A stretch of 11,848 nucleotides of DNA from assembly GCA_051294375.1 (NCBI GenBank), contig JBJCIZ010000549.1:1-11848 (forward strand), written 5' to 3'. The DNA is from Paraspadella gotoi (taxonomy: Eukaryota > Animalia > Chaetognatha). Under the pieces are notes generated by a model, which was not told the origin of the DNA, searched no databases, and saw only the letters and a list, made by a program, of their open reading frames with translations. The position numbers and the translations under genes are program-made. How positions within the stretch are numbered: the first letter of the stretch is position 1; every line of letters starts with the position of its first letter. Positions 9,620-11,848 of this stretch are shown here, in pieces.

Positions 9620-11690
9620 GAATCAAAGAAAGATCTCTGACCAGGTGTTCAAACAAGACACGAGAAACAGCTGAATAGAAGATTCAAGAGCGCCACGATA
9701 GATATTCGGACAGACGACGAAGATGAAAGCTTTCTCCAGTTCGTCTTCAAGAGAAGACTCAGAACAAATTCATGTTGTCAAAAATGCGGAAGCCCCTCTT
9801 CCGGAAGGAGATTGGCAGGCACTGGAACTTGAAAAGACTCGAAATACTGGTCAGCGGGGGAAAGATAAATTCTTTTGTAGAAAAAACTTGTTGAATTTCG
9901 CTGACTACAAAAAATAAAATTTTTAAATTTAGGCAAGCGAAAAGCCATAAATAAAAGATTAATGAGTTACAATGATTTAGCCGAAGGATTTCGAAACAAA
10001 CGAAAACTGAATTTGGGATGAAAAATGGAGACGAGGACAAGAAATGTGGACAACGAGAGACACACGGATCGATCAACAGTTGACGCAGAACTCATACTAC
10101 ACGGAAGGTCGAACTAGAGGAAGAAGAGAAAAAGACGAGCGGAAGAAGAAAAGGTGAAAACGATCCTGAGACAGCACTGAAGAATGGCGAAGGAGAGAAA
10201 GAAAGATCTGCTGACTAATAAAGTACAAGCGGAGGGGGACCCGGACAATATACGACGAAGGAGAGAAAAGTTTATGTCATTTCAAAAATTTACATCTGCA
10301 AATCCTTAGGCCGAGGACAGTGAAAGAAGAAATGACAAAATAGTAGACAAAACTGATCAAAGACTCGAAATGTGAAATAACCAGACGCATACATATAGAG
10401 TCATTGAGAATAAGTATAAAAAACAATGATAGAGAAAATCAATAACTTCATCGCCATTCGTCTAAATTATTTCAGGAGGAAAGAAGTAGACTGATTTCCG
10501 CAGAGAGACAATATGGAGTGGTCTGAAGGTTCTACTGCTACGCCCCAATCAGTCTGAAGCACGCTATGAAGGACTGTCCAGCCGACCGATGACACTATGA
10601 CGCCGCACTGCTACTCCACCACGAGAGCAAATCTCTGAAAAGTAACGGTCAAGACCAACGAAAAGAAAAGGAAGCTAGATAGGGACTTCGAAAAACAGAA
10701 AGCATTACTACGAACGATTGGGATACGATCAGTCAGATAATGGACCCAAAGAAAAAATTTTTTCTCTGACTTTGTTCAAAGAAAAATGAGGGGAAACCAT
10801 TACGAAGGGACGTAAGGAACAATAACCAGAATAGAGCCGCGACAACTTATTTGAGAGAAGACCATTGAAACAGTCAAAAACTCGTACGTCCGGAGAATGC
10901 GTGTTTTTTATTGTTTAATTTACAGAAAGAAAAATGTTACTCGAACCAAAAAAACCGAACAAAAAAATAAAACTTACCGGATGACGAGACGAACCAGGAT
11001 TTCGCCAAACAAGTAAAGAAGCTCGAGCCAGTCGAGGACGCCACCGGACAGCCTGGAAACGAAATAGAGAGACGAAATGCAAATCAAAGACTGAATTGGA
11101 AGTCGATTATACCCTACAAGACGTTATACCTTAGTAGCAATGGGCGCACCTTCTCGACGAACAGAATTCGAAACGATATCGCTGGAGGATCAAGTTCTGG
11201 ACGTGAAATGGTGCGACCGTTTAGAAGCGGAAGCAGAATATATTCTCAGAAACAACGAAAGACATAATCACGGCAAATAAAAAAATAAATTGAAAAAATT
11301 CGTTTAACGGAATAAATTAACTTGAAATCAGAAAAAAATTTCCGTGCTTGACGTCACCGTTCGCACAGATAAAATGACGTAAATAAAACCATTTACGATT
11401 TACCAAGTCGAGAATAATGAACAACGGATGTACAGAAAAATGGCCGTCTCGAATTCGGGCAAACGATGGTTACTGTATCAAGAAGTAGCCAAGTAACGAA
11501 CCTCTCCCGAAGACACCAGATAAATGACCAAAAAATAATAAGTTTTCGAAAAGTTTTACGAGAAAAGCAAAAGAAGCATTGAAACGAGGATCGGAGCGAT
11601 GAGAAAAAAGAGCATTTCGAGAAACATGCGGACCCATGGCCCCGGGAAAGAGAAACAAAAAACAATGACACTCGCTTATATCGGGGAAAA
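9620..11690 (+). other. Unassigned A-rich, coding-like (K/E/R/D-rich) region with intron-like AT-rich interruptions
   Basis: Short readable stretches include HEKQLNRRFKSATIDIRTDDEDESFLQFVFKRRLR (~9658-9765) and MGAPSRRTEFETISLEDQVLDVKWCDRLEAEAEYILRNNERHNHGK (11140-11280). Acceptor-like ends occur at 9932, 10309, 10475 and 10925. No domain was recognised. Confidence 0.35.
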
Positions 11691-11733
11691 AAAGTTTTTT
11701 TATATACCTCAATGTTGTTTTGAGTTTGTGTCG

Positions 11734-11758
11734 NNNNNNNNNNNNNNNNNNNNNNNNN
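11734..11758. other. Assembly gap (25 N)
   Basis: Run of 25 N counted directly. Confidence 0.99.
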
Positions 11759-11848
11759 TGCTCAGTATACTTTAAACGAATGGTTTATTTCGTCATTTAA
11801 TCGTGAAAGGTTCAATACAAATTTTTTCTAATTTCAGTTAATTTGTTC

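Noticed and set aside
1150-11622. Exact 14-mer AGAGCATTTCGAGA at 1150 and 11609 as a possible LTR remnant
   Set aside because: The flanks do not align, and one 14-bp match in 12 kb is compatible with chance.
11683-11733. GGGGAAAAAAAG as a PPT with a 3' LTR starting at TGTTG (11713)
   Set aside because: The purine run is ~18 nt from the TG, there is no match to the 5' region, and the gap prevents verification.

Overview
Eukaryotic DNA. About 8 kb of the + strand (~1.0-9.0 kb) is a BEL/Pao-superfamily (Belpaoviridae) LTR-retrotransposon gag-pol, recognised by manual frame-hopping translation. The order is Gag (capsid-like block and three Zn knuckles), aspartic protease region, RT, RNase H, integrase, and the C-terminal DUF5641-type extension. 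The supplied ORF track misses it because indels, mostly extra bases, break the frame every few codons. This pattern, together with a 25-N gap at 11734-11758, suggests unpolished long-read sequence rather than (only) biological decay. Left of gag is a clean, divergently oriented minus-strand gene missing from the ORF track (ATG at 733). It encodes three 20-aa Ala/Asn/Pro repeats plus an acidic tract and probably has a GT-AG intron. Right of pol I find no PPT or LTR. Instead there is a ~130-bp tandem repeat made of splice-acceptor-like cassettes followed by AAAATG, then ~2 kb of K/E/R-rich coding-like sequence with intron-like AT-rich gaps. No LTR pair, PBS or TSD could be identified in the window. 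All protein calls come from motif recognition by eye; no searches were run.
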